Notes under the pieces: generated by a model
Seen by the model: the letters and a program-made list of their open reading frames with translations, nothing else
What the model was told of the DNA's origin: nothing
The model's database searches: none
From: the human T2T-CHM13v2.0 reference genome, Homo sapiens
Strand: one strand, 5' to 3'
NCBI RefSeq assembly: GCF_009914755.1
Contig: NC_060944.1
DNA length: 64,000 nucleotides
In this document: piece after piece, positions 52,601 to 64,000 of the stretch
How positions within the stretch are numbered: the stretch's first letter is position 1
Layout of the letters: each line of letters begins with the position of its first letter
Program-made: the position numbers and the translations under genes

Positions 52601-55600
52601 TGAGAGAGCAGTTTTGCAACACTCTTTTTGTGGAATATGCAAGTGGATATTAGGGCAGCTTTGAGGATTTCGTTGGAAACGGGAATACATGTAAAAAGCA
52701 GACAGCAGCATTCTCAGAAACTTCTTTGTGATGTTTGCATTGAAGTCACAGAGTTGAACATTCCCTTTGAGAGAGCAGGTTTGAAACACGCCTTTTGTCA
52801 TATCTGGAAGTGTCCATTCGGAGCGCATTCAGGCTTGTGTTGAAAAAGGCAATATCCTCCCATAAAAACTAGACAGAAGCATTCTCAGAAACTTATCTGT
52901 GATGTATGTACTCAACTAACAGAACTAAACCATCGTTTTGAAGGAGCAGTTTTGAAACACTCTTTTTGCGGAATCTGCAAGTGGATATTTGGCTAGCTGG
53001 GAGGATTTCGTTGGAAACGGGATTACATACAAAAAGCAGACAGCAGCATTCTCAGAAACTTCTTTGTGATGTTTGCATTCAAGTCACAGAGTTGAACATT
53101 CCCTTTCATAGAGCAGGTTTGAAACACTCTTTTTGTAGTATCTGGATGTGGACATTTGGATCGCTTTCAGGCCTATGGAGAAAAAGGAAATATCTTCCCA
53201 TGAAAACTAGACAGAAGCATTCTCAGAAACTTATTTGTGATGTGTGCCCTCAACTGACAGTGTTGAACCTTTGTTTTGATAGAGCAGTTCTGAAACACAC
53301 TTTTTGTAAAATCTGCAAGAGGATATTTGGATAGCTTTGAGGATTTCGTTGGAAACGGGAATGTCTTCATGTAAACTCTACACAGAAGCATTCTCAGAAA
53401 CTGCTTTGGGATGTTTCAATTGAAGTCCCAGTGTTGAACATTCCCTTTCATAGAGCAGGTTTGAAACACTCTTTTTGTACTATCTGGAAGTGGACATTTG
53501 GAGCGCTTTCAGGTCTACGGTGAAAAAGGAGATATCTTCCAATAAAAACTAGATAGAAGCAATGTCAGAACTTTTTTCATGATGTATCTACTCAGCAAAC
53601 AAAGTTGAACCTTTCTTTTGAGAGAGCAGTTTTGAAACACTCTTTTTGTGGAATATGCAAGTGGGTATTAGGCCAGCTTGGAGGATTTCGTTGGAAACGG
53701 GAATACGTATAAAAAGCAGACAGCAGCATTGTCAGAAACTACTTTGTGATGTTTGCATTCAAGTCACAGAATTGAACACTCCCTTTCACAGAGCAGGTTT
53801 GAAACACTCTTTTTGTAGTGTCTGTAAGTGAACATTTGGATTGCTTTCAGGCCTAAGGTGAAAAAGGAAATATCTTCCCATAAAAACTAGACAGAAGCAT
53901 TCTCAGAAACTTGTTTGTGATGTGTGCCCTCTACTGACAGAGTTGAACCTTTCTTTGCAAAGAGCAGTTTTGAAACACTCTTTTTGTAGAATCTGCAAGA
54001 GGATATTTGGATAGCTTTGAGGATTTCTTGGGAAACGGGAATGTCTTCAGATAAACTCTAGACAGAAGCATTCTCAGAAACTTCTTTGGGATGTTTCAAT
54101 TGAAGTCACAGTGTTGAACATTCCCTTTCACAGAGCAGGTTTGAAACACTCTTTTTGTAGTGTCTATAAGTGAACATTTGGCGTGCTTTCAGGCCTAACG
54201 TGAAAAAGGAAATATCTTCCCATAAAAACTAGACAGAAGCATTCTCAGAAACTTGTTCGTGATGTGTGCCCTCTACTGACAGAGTTGAACCTTTCTTTGC
54301 AAAGAGCAGCTTTGAAACACTCTTTTTGTAGAATCTGCAAGAGGATATTTGGATAGCTTTGAGGATTTCGTTGGAAACGGGTATGTCTTCAGATAAACTC
54401 TAGACAGAAGCATTCTCAGAAACTTCTTTGGGATGTTGCATTCAAGTCACAGAGTAGAACATTCCCATTCATAGAGCAGATTTTAAACACTCTTTTTGTA
54501 GTATCTGGAAGTGGACATTTGGAGCGCTTTCAGGCCTATGTTGAAAAAGGAAATATCTTCCCATAAAAACTAGACGGAAGCATTCTCAGAAACTTACTTG
54601 TGATGTGTTTGCTCAACTAACAGAATTGAACCATCGTTTTGAAGGAGCAGTTTTGAAACACTGTTTTCGTGGAATCTGCAAGTGGATATTTGGCTAGCTT
54701 TGAGGATTTCGTTGGAAACGGGATTACATATAAAAAGGAGACAGCAGCATTCTCAGAAACTTCTTTGTGATGTCTGCATTCAATTCACAGAGTTGAGCAT
54801 TCCCTTTCATAGAGCAGGTTGGAAACACTCTTTTTGTAGTATCTGGATGAGGACATTTGGAGCGCTTTCAGGCGTATGGTGAAAAAGGAAATATCTTCCC
54901 GTAAAAACTAGACAGAAGCATTCTCAGAAATTTATTTGTGATGAGTGCCCTCAACTAACAGAGTTGAACCTTTCTTTTGATAGAGCAGTTTTGAAACACT
55001 CTTTTTGTAAAATCTGCAAGAGTATATTTGGATAGCTTTGAGGATTTCGTTGCAAACGGGAATGGCTTCATATAAACTCTAGACAGAAGCATTCTCAGAA
55101 ACTTCGTTGGTATGTTTCGATTGAAGTCCCAGTGTTGAACATTCCCTTTTATAGAGCAGGTTGGAAACACTCTTTCTGCATTCCCTGGAAGTGGACATTT
55201 GGAGCGCTTTCAGGACGACGGTGAAAATGGAAATATCTCCCAATAAAATCTAGATAGAAGCAATGTCAGAAACTTTTCTGTGATGGATCTACTCAGCTAA
55301 CAGAGTTGAACCTTTCTTTTGAGAGAGCAGTTTTGCAACACTCTTTTTGTGGAATATGCAAGTGGATATTAGGGCAGCTTTGAGGATTTCGTTGGAAACG
55401 GGAATACATGTAAAAAGCAGACAGCAGCATTCTCAGAAACTTCTTTGTGATGTTTGCATTGAAGTCACAGAGTTGAACATTCCCTTTGAGAGAGCAGGTT
55501 TGAAACACGCCTTTTGTCATATCTGGAAGTGTCCATTCGGAGCGCATTCAGGCTTGTGTTGAAAAAGGAAATATCCTCCCATAAAAACTAGACAGAAGCA

Positions 55601-58600
55601 TTGTCAGAAACTTCTCTGTGATGTATGTACTCAACTAACAGAACTAAACCATCGTTTTGAAGGAGCAGTTTTGAAACACTCTTTTTGCGGAATCTGCAAG
55701 TGGATATTTGGCTAGCTGGGAGGATTTCGTTGGAAACGGGATTACATACAAAAAGCAGACAGCAGCATTCTCAGAAACTTCTTTGTGATGTTTGCATTCA
55801 AGTCACAGAGTTGAACATTCCCTTTCATAGAGCAGGTTTGAAACACTCTTTTTGTAGTATCTGGATGTGGACATTTGGATCGCTTTCAGGCCTATGGTGA
55901 AAAAGGAAATATCTTCCCATGAAAACTAGACAGAAGCATTCTCAGAAACTTATTTGTGATGTGTGCCCTCAACTGACAGTGTTGAACCTTTGTTTTGATA
56001 GAGCAGTTCTGAAACACACTTTTTGTAAAATCTGCAAGAGGATATTTGGATAGCTTTGAGGATTTCGTTGGAAACGGGAATGTCTTCATGTAAACTCTAG
56101 ACAGAAGCATTCTCAGAAACTGCTTTGGGATGTTTCAATTGAAGTCCCAGTGTTGAACATTCCCATTCATAGAGCAGGTTTGAAACACTCTTTTTGTACT
56201 ATCTGGAAGTGGACATTTGGAGCGCTTTCAGGTCTACGGTGAAAAAGGAGATATCTTCCAATAAAAACTAGATAGAAGCAATGTCAGAACTTTTTTCATG
56301 AGGTATCTACTCAGCAAACAGAGTTGAACCTTTCTTTTGAGAGAGCAGTTTTGAAACACTCTTTTTGTGGAATATGCAAGTGGGTATTAGGCCAGCTTGG
56401 AGGATTTCGTTGGAAACGGGAATACGTATAAAAAGCAGACAGCAGCATTGTCAGAAACTACTTTGTGATGTTTGCATTCAAGTCACAGAATTGAACACTC
56501 CCTTTCACAGAGCAGGTTTGAAACACTCTTTTTGTAGTGTCTGTAAGTGAACATTTGGATTGCTTTCAGGCCTAAGGTGAAAAAGGAAATATCTTCCCAT
56601 AAAAACTAGACAGAAGCATTCTCAGAAACTTGTTTGTGATGTGTGCCCTCTACTGACAGAGTTGAACCTTTCTTTGCAAAGAGCAGTTTTGAAACACTCT
56701 TTTTGTAGAATCTGCAAGAGGATATTTGGATAGCTTTGAGGATTTCTTGGGAAACGGGAATGTCTTCAGATAAACTCTAGACAGAAGCATTCTCAGAAAC
56801 TTCTTTGGGATGTTTCAATTGAAGTCACAGTGTTGAACATTCCCTTTCACAGAGCAGGTTTGAAACACTCTTTTTGTAGTGTCTATAAGTGAACATTTGG
56901 CGTGCTTTCAGGCCTAACGTGAAAAAGGAAATATCTTCCCATAAAAACTAGACAGAAGCATTCTCAGAAACTTGTTCGTGATGTGTGCCCTCTAACTGAC
57001 AGAGTTGAACCTTTCTTTGCAAAGAGCAGCTTTGAAACACTCTTTTTGTAGAATCTGCAAGAGGATATTTGGATAGCTTGGAGGATTTCGTTGGAAACGG
57101 GTATGTCTTCAGATAAACTCTAGACAGAAGCATTCTCAGAAACTTCTTTGGGATGTTGCATTCAAGTCACAGAGTAGAACATTCCCATTCATAGAGCAGA
57201 TTTGAAACACTCTTTTTGTAGTATCTGGAAGTGGACATTTGGAGCGCTTTCAGGCCTATGTTGAAAAAGGAAATATCTTCCCATAAAAACTAGACGGAAG
57301 CATTCTCAGAAACTTACTTGTGATGTGTTTGCTCAACTAACAGAATTGAACCATCGTTTTGAAGGAGCAGTTTTGAAACACTGTTTTCGTGGAATCTGCA
57401 AGTGGATATTTGGCTAGCTTTGAGGATTTCGTTGGAAACGGGATTACATATAAAAAGGAGACAGCAGCATTCTCAGAAACTTCTTTGTGATGTCTGCATT
57501 CAATTCACAGAGTTGAGCATTCCCTTTCATAGAGCAGGTTGGAAACACTCTTTTTGTAGTATCTGGATGAGGACATTTGGAGCGCTTTCAGGCCTATGGT
57601 GAAAAAGGAAATATCTTCCCGTAAAAACTAGACAGAAGCATTCTCAGAAATTTATTTGTGATGTGTGCCCTCAACTAACAGAGTTGAACCTTTCTTTTGA
57701 TAGAGCAGTTTTGAAACACTCTCTTTGTAAAATCTGCAAGAGGATATTTGGATAGCTTTGAGGATTTCGTTGCAAACGGGAATGGCTTCATATAAACTCT
57801 AGACAGAAGCATTCTCAGAAACTTCGTTGGGATGTTTCGATTGAAGTCCCAGTGTTGAACATTCCCTTTTATAGAGCAGGTTGGAAACACTCTTTCTGCA
57901 TTCCCTGGAAGTGGACATTTGGAGCGCTTTCAGGACGACGGTGAAAATGGAAATATCTTCCAAGAAAATCTAGATAGAAGCAACGTCAGAAACTTTTCTG
58001 TGATGGATCTACTCAGCTAACAGAGTTGAACCTTTCTTTTGAGAGAGCAGTTTTGCAACACTCTTTTTGTGGAATATGCAAGTGGATATTAGGGCAGCTT
58101 TGAGGATTTCGTTGGAAACGGGAATACATGTAAAAAGCAGACAGCAGCATTCTCAGAAACTTCTTTGTGATGTTTGCATTGAAGTCACAGAGTTGAACAT
58201 TCCCTTTGAGAGAGCAGGTTTGAAACACGCCTTTTGTCATATCTGGAAGTGTCCATTCGGAGCGCATTCAGGCTTGTGTTGAAAAAGGCAATATCCTCCC
58301 ATAAAAACTAGACAGAAGCATTCTCAGAAACTTATCTGTGATGTATGTACTCAACTAACAGAACTAAACCATCGTTTTGAAGGAGCAGTTTTGAAACACT
58401 CTTTTTGCGGAATCTGCAAGTGGATATTTGGCTAGCTGGGAGGATTTCGTTGGAAACGGGATTACATACAAAAAGCAGACAGCAGCATTCTCAGAAACTT
58501 CTTTGTGATGTTTGCATTCAAGTCACAGAGTTGAACATTCCCTTTCATAGAGCAGGTTTGAAACACTCTTTTTGTAGTATCTGGATGTGGACATTTGGAT

Positions 58601-59923
58601 CGCTTTCAGGCCTATGGAGAAAAAGGAAATATCTTCCCATGAAAACTAGACAGAAGCATTCTCAGAAACTTATTTGTGATGTGTGCCCTCAACTGACAGT
58701 GTTGAACCTTTGTTTTGATAGAGCAGTTCTGAAACACACTTTTTGTAAAATCTGCAAGAGGATATTTGGATAGCTTTGAGGATTTCGTTGGAAACGGGAA
58801 TGTCTTCATGTAAACTCTACACAGAAGCATTCTCAGAAACTGCTTTGGGATGTTTCAATTGAAGTCCCAGTGTTGAACATTCCCTTTCATAGAGCAGGTT
58901 TGAAACACTCTTTTTGTACTATCTGGAAGTGGACATTTGGAGCGCTTTCAGGTCTACGGTGAAAAAGGAGATATCTTCCAATAAAAACTAGATAGAAGCA
59001 ATGTCAGAACTTTTTTCATGATGTATCTACTCAGCAAACAAAGTTGAACCTTTCTTTTGAGAGAGCAGTTTTGAAACACTCTTTTTGTGGAATATGCAAG
59101 TGGGTATTAGGCCAGCTTGGAGGATTTCGTTGGAAACGGGAATACGTATAAAAAGCAGACAGCAGCATTGTCAGAAACTACTTTGTGATGTTTGCATTCA
59201 AGTCACAGAATTGAACACTCCCTTTCACAGAGCAGGTTTGAAACACTCTTTTTGTAGTGTCTGTAAGTGAACATTTGGATTGCTTTCAGGCCTAAGGTGA
59301 AAAAGGAAATATCTTCCCATAAAAACTAGACAGAAGCATTCTCAGAAACTTGTTTGTGATGTGTGCCCTCTACTGACAGAGTTGAACCTTTCTTTGCAAA
59401 GAGCAGTTTTGAAACACTCTTTTTGTAGAATCTGCAAGAGGATATTTGGATAGCTTTGAGGATTTCTTGGGAAACGGGAATGTCTTCAGATAAACTCTAG
59501 ACAGAAGCATTCTCAGAAACTTCTTTGGGATGTTTCAATTGAAGTCACAGTGTTGAACATTCCCTTTCACAGAGCAGGTTTGAAACACTCTTTTTGTAGT
59601 GTCTATAAGTGAACATTTGGCGTGCTTTCAGGCCTAACGTGAAAAAGGAAATATCTTCCCATAAAAACTAGACAGAAGCATTCTCAGAAACTTGTTCGTG
59701 ATGTGTGCCCTCTACTGACAGAGTTGAACCTTTCTTTGCAAAGAGCAGCTTTGAAACACTCTTTTTGTAGAATCTGCAAGAGGATATTTGGATAGCTTTG
59801 AGGATTTCGTTGGAAACGGGTATGTCTTCAGATAAACTCTAGACAGAAGCATTCTCAGAAACTTCTTTGGGATGTTGCATTCAAGTCACAGAGTAGAACA
59901 TTCCCATTCATAGAGCAGATTTT
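49435..59923 (+). repeat. Recent tandem duplication of a 2-HOR block (period 5439 bp); minimal extent
   Basis: Variants pair at +5439: 50164/55603, a 1-bp insertion at ~51555/~56994, 52284/57723, 52850/58289, 53179/58618, 53381/58820, 53602/59041, 54484/59923. Confidence 0.93.
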
Positions 59924-62900
59924 AAACACTCTTTTTGTAGTATCTGGAAGTGGACATTTGGAGCGCTTTCAGGCCTATGTTGAAAAAGGAAATATCTTCC
60001 CATAAAAACTAGACGGAAGCATTCTCAGAAACTTACTTGTGATGTGTTTGCTCAACTAACAGAATTGAACCATCGTTTTGAAGGAGCAGTTTTGAAACAC
60101 TGTTTTCGTGGAATCTGCAAGTGGATATTTGGCTAGCTTTGAGGATTTCGTTGGAAACGGGATTACATATAAAAAGGAGACAGCAGCATTCTCAGAAACT
60201 TCTTTGTGATGTCTGCATTCAATTCACAGAGTTGAGCATTCCCTTTCATAGAGCAGGTTGGAAACACTCTTTTTGTAGTATCTGGATGAGGACATTTGGA
60301 GCGCTTTCAGGCCTATGGTGAAAAAGGAAATATCTTCCCGTAAAAACTAGACAGAAGCATTCTCAGAAATTTATTTGTGATGTGTGCCCTCAACTAACAG
60401 AGTTGAACCTTTCTTTTGATAGAGCAGTTTTGAAACACTCTTTTTGTAAAATCTGCAAGAGGATATTTGGATAGCTTTGAGGATTTCGTTGCAAACGGGA
60501 ATGGCTTCATATAAACTCTAGACAGAAGCATTCTCAGAAACTTCGTTGGGATGTTTCGATTGAAGTCCCAGTGTTGAACATTCCCTTTTATAGAGCAGGT
60601 TGGAAACACTCTTTCTGCATTCCCTGGAAGTGGACATTTGGAGCGCTTTCAGGACGACGGTGAAAATGGAAATATCTTCCAAGAAAATCTAGATAGAAGC
60701 AACGTCAGAAACTTTTCTGTGATGGATCTACTCAGCTAACAGAGTTGAACCTTTCTTTTGAGAGAGCAGTTTTGCAACACTCTTTTTGTGGAATATGCAA
60801 GTGGATATTAGGGCAGCTTTGAGGATTTCGTTGGAAACGGGAATACATGTAAAAAGCAGACAGCAGCATTCTCAGAAACTTCTTTGTGATGTTTGCATTG
60901 AAGTCACAGAGTTGAACATTCCCTTTGAGAGAGCAGGTTTGAAACACGCCTTTTGTCATATCTGGAAGTGTCCATTCGGAGCGCATTCAGGCTTGTGTTG
61001 AAAAAGGAAATATCCTCCCATAAAAACTAGACAGAAGCATTCTCAGAAACTGATCTGTGATATATGTACTCAACTAACAGAACTAAACCATCGTTTTGAA
61101 GGAGCAGTTTTGAAACACTCTTTTTGCGGAATCTGCAAGTGGATATTTGGCTAGCTGGGAGGATTTCGTTGGAAACGGGATTACATACAAAAAGCAGAGA
61201 GCAGCATTCTCAGAAACTTCTTTGTGATGTTTGCATTCAAGTCACAGAGTTGAACATTCCCTTTCATAGAGCAGGTTTGAAACACTCTTTTTGTAGTATC
61301 TGGACGTGGACATTTGGATCGCTTTCAGGCCTATGGTGAAAAAGGAAATATCTTCCCATGAAAACTAGACAGAAGCATTCTCAGAAACTTATTTGTGATG
61401 TGTGCCCTCAACTGACAGTGTTGAACCTTTGTTTTGATAGAGCAGTTCTGAAACACACTTTTTGTAAAATCTGCAAGAGGATATTTGGATAGCTTTGAGG
61501 ATTTCGTTGGAAACGGGAATGTCTTCATGTAAACTCTAGACAGAAGCATTCTCAGAAACTGCTTTGGGATGTTTCAATGGAAGTCCCAGTGTTGAACATT
61601 CCCATTCATAGAGCAGGTTTGAAACACTCTTTTTGTACTATCTGGAAGTGGACATTTGGAGCGCTTTCAGGTCTACGGTGAAAAAGGAGATATCTTCCAA
61701 TAAAAACTAGATAGAAGCAATGTCAGAACTTTTTTCATGATGTATCTACTCAGCAAACAGAGTTGAACCTTTCTTTTGAGAGAGCAGTTTTGAAACACTC
61801 TTTTTGTGGAATATGCAAGTGGGTATTAGGCCAGCTTGGAGGATTTCGTTGGAAACGGGAATACGTATAAAAAGCAGACAGCAGCATTGTCAGAAACTAC
61901 TTTGTGATGTTTGCATTCAAGTCACAGAATTGAACACTCCCTTTCACAGAGCAGGTTTGAAACACTCTTTTTGTAGTGTCTGTAAGTGAACATTTGGATT
62001 GCTTTCAGGCCTAAGGTGAAAAAGGAAATATCTTCCCATAACAACTAGACAGAAGCATTCTCAGAAACTTGTTTGTGATGTGTGCCCTCTACTGACAGAG
62101 TTGAACCTTTCTTTGCAAAGAGCAGTTTTGAAACACTCTTTTTGTAGAATCTGCAAGAGGATATTTGGATAGCTTTGAGGATTTCTTGGGAAACGGGAAT
62201 GTCTTCAGATAAACTCTAGACAGAAGCATTCTCAGAAACTTCTTTGGGATGTTTCAATTGAAGTCACAGTGTTGAACATTCCCTTTCACAGAGCAGGTTT
62301 GAAACACTCTTTTTGTAGTGTCTATAAGTGAACATTTGGCGTGCTTTCAGGCCTAACGTGAAAAAGGAAATATCTTCCCATAAAAACTAGACAGAAGCAT
62401 TCTCAGAAACTTGTTCGTGATGTGTGCCCTCTACTGACAGAGTTGAACCTTTCTTTGCAAAGAGCAGCTTTGAAACACTCTTTTTGTAGAATCTGCAAGG
62501 GGATATTTGGATAGCTTTGAGGATTTCGTTGGAAACGGGTATGTCTTCAGATAAACTCTAGACATAAGCATTCTCAGAAACTTCTTTGGGATGTTGCATT
62601 CAAGTCACAGAGTAGAACATTCCCATTCATAGAGCAGATTTGAAACACTCTTTTTGTAGTATCTGGAAGTGGACATTTGGAGCGCTTTCAGGCCTATGTT
62701 GAAAAAGGAAATATCTTCCCATAAAAACTAGACGGAAGCATTCTCAGAAACTTACTTGTGATGTGTTTGCTCAACTAACAGAATTGAACCATCGTTTTGA
62801 AGGAGCAGTTTTGAAACACTGTTTTCGTGGAATCTGCAAGTGGATATTTGGCTAGCTTTGAGGATTTCGTTGGAAACGGGATTACATATAAAAAGGAGAC

Positions 62901-64000
62901 AGCAGCATTCTCAGAAACTTCTTTGTGATGTCTGCATTCAATTCACAGAGTTGAGCATTCCCTTTCATAGAGCAGGTTGGAAACACTCTTTTTGTAGTAT
63001 CTGGATGAGGACATTTGGAGCGCTTTCAGGCCTATGGTGAAAAAGGAAATATCTTCCCGTAAAAACTAGACAGAAGCATTCTCAGAAATTTATTTGTGAT
63101 GTGTGCCCTCAACTAACAGAGTTGAACCTTTCTTTTGATAGAGCAGTTTTGAAACACTCTTTTTGTAAAATCTGCAAGAGGATATTTGGATAGCTTTGAG
63201 GATTTCGTTGCAAACGGGAATGGCTTCATATAAACTCTAGACAGAAGCATTCTCAGAAACTTCGTTGGGATGTTTCGATTGAAGTCCCAGTGTTGAACAT
63301 TCCCTTTTATAGAGCAGGTTGGAAACACTCTTTCTGCATTCCCTGGAAGTGGACATTTGGAGCGCTTTCAGGACGACGGTGAAAATGGAAATATCTTCCA
63401 AGAAAATCTTGATAGAAGCAACGTCAGAAACTTTTCTGTGATGGATCTACTCAGCTAACAGAGTTGAACCTTTCTTTTGAGAGAGCAGTTTTGCAACACT
63501 CTTTTTGTGGAATATGCAAGTGGATATTAGGGCAGCTTTGAGGATTTCGTTGGAAACGGGAATACATGTAAAAAGCAGACAGCAGCATTCTCAGAAACTT
63601 CTTTGTGATGTTTGCATTGAAGTCACAGAGTTGAACATTCCCTTTGAGAGAGCAGGTTTGAAACACGCCTTTTGTCATATCTGGAAGTGTCCATTCGGAG
63701 CGCATTCAGGCTTGTGTTGAAAAAGGAAATATCCTCCCATAAAAACTAGACAGAAGCATTCTCAGAAACTGATCTGTGATATATGTACTCAACTAACAGA
63801 ACTAAACCATCGTTTTGAAGGAGCAGTTTTGAAACACTCTTTTTGCGGAATCTGCAAGTGGATATTTGGCTAGCTGGGAGGATTTCGTTGGAAACGGGAT
63901 TACATACAAAAAGCAGAGAGCAGCATTCTCAGAAACTTCTTTGTGATGTTTGCATTCAAGTCACAGAGTTGAACATTCCCTTTCATAGAGCAGGTTTGAA

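Larger units (their letters stand above)
1..64000 (+). repeat. Alpha-satellite higher-order repeat array, ~23.5 copies of a 16-mer (2719 bp); probably human chr20 D20Z2/S2C20H1L (SF2)
   Basis: Alphoid hallmarks (CATTCTCAGAAACTT, GAGCAGTTTTGAAACACTCTTTTTGTAG, TTTCGTTGGAAACGGGA) recur every ~170/340 bp. Equivalent ORF starts recur at 304, 3021, 5740, 11178, 13897, 16615 ... 60121, 62840, a period of 2719 bp (occasionally 2717, 2718 or 2720). Orientation is the same throughout. The alpha-satellite call is near certain; the chromosome assignment is less so (~0.75). Confidence 0.99.

Noticed and set aside
52966-58773. Two longer 122-aa ORFs (52966-53334 and 58405-58773)
   Set aside because: They are created by a single TGA>AGA SNV (53179/58618) copied by the 5439-bp duplication; there is no evidence of coding function.
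304-63720. About 160 short ORFs (61-96 aa) recurring on both strands
   Set aside because: They are translations of satellite monomers. They overlap on opposite strands, many start at GTG/TTG/CTG, they resemble no protein family I recognise, and they appear or vanish with single SNVs.
1-64000. CRISPR-like periodic short motif (CAGAAGCATTCTCAGAAACTT)
   Set aside because: The intervening sequences are homologous to each other, not unique spacers. The period is ~170 bp and no cas genes are present.
1-64000. Identification as chr17 D17Z1 (also a ~2.7-kb 16-mer)
   Set aside because: D17Z1 is pentamer-based (SF3), whereas this array has strict dimeric A/B alternation with box sites every ~340 bp.
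1-64000. Transposon insertions, inversions or truncated HOR variants
   Set aside because: The period stays within 2717-2720 bp and the strand is constant across the window, leaving no room for such events.

Overview
The whole 64-kb window is one uninterrupted, head-to-tail array of primate (human-type) centromeric alpha-satellite DNA. About 376 monomers of ~170 bp are organised as ~23.5 copies of a 16-monomer, 2719-bp higher-order repeat (HOR). Monomers alternate A/B, with a CENP-B box site every ~340 bp and a pJalpha-type site in the intervening monomers. A dimeric 16-mer of ~2.7 kb best fits the chromosome 20 live array (D20Z2 / S2C20H1L, suprachromosomal family 2); that assignment comes from recall and was not aligned. 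I see no genes, RNA genes, transposons, CRISPR arrays, inversions or truncated HORs, and all listed ORFs are by-products of the repeat. I find no evidence of an undescribed gene system. The informative signal is the array's mutational history, read from shared variants. It includes a 6+6+2+2 internal HOR architecture, near-perfect recent tandem duplications of 3 HORs (8157 bp) and 2 HORs (5439 bp), and an older 2-HOR duplication. It also includes an out-of-register conversion tract, a ~22-kb domain in which one CENP-B box was lost by CpG decay, and a haplotype transition in the first ~14 kb. Variants were read by eye, so the lists may be incomplete.
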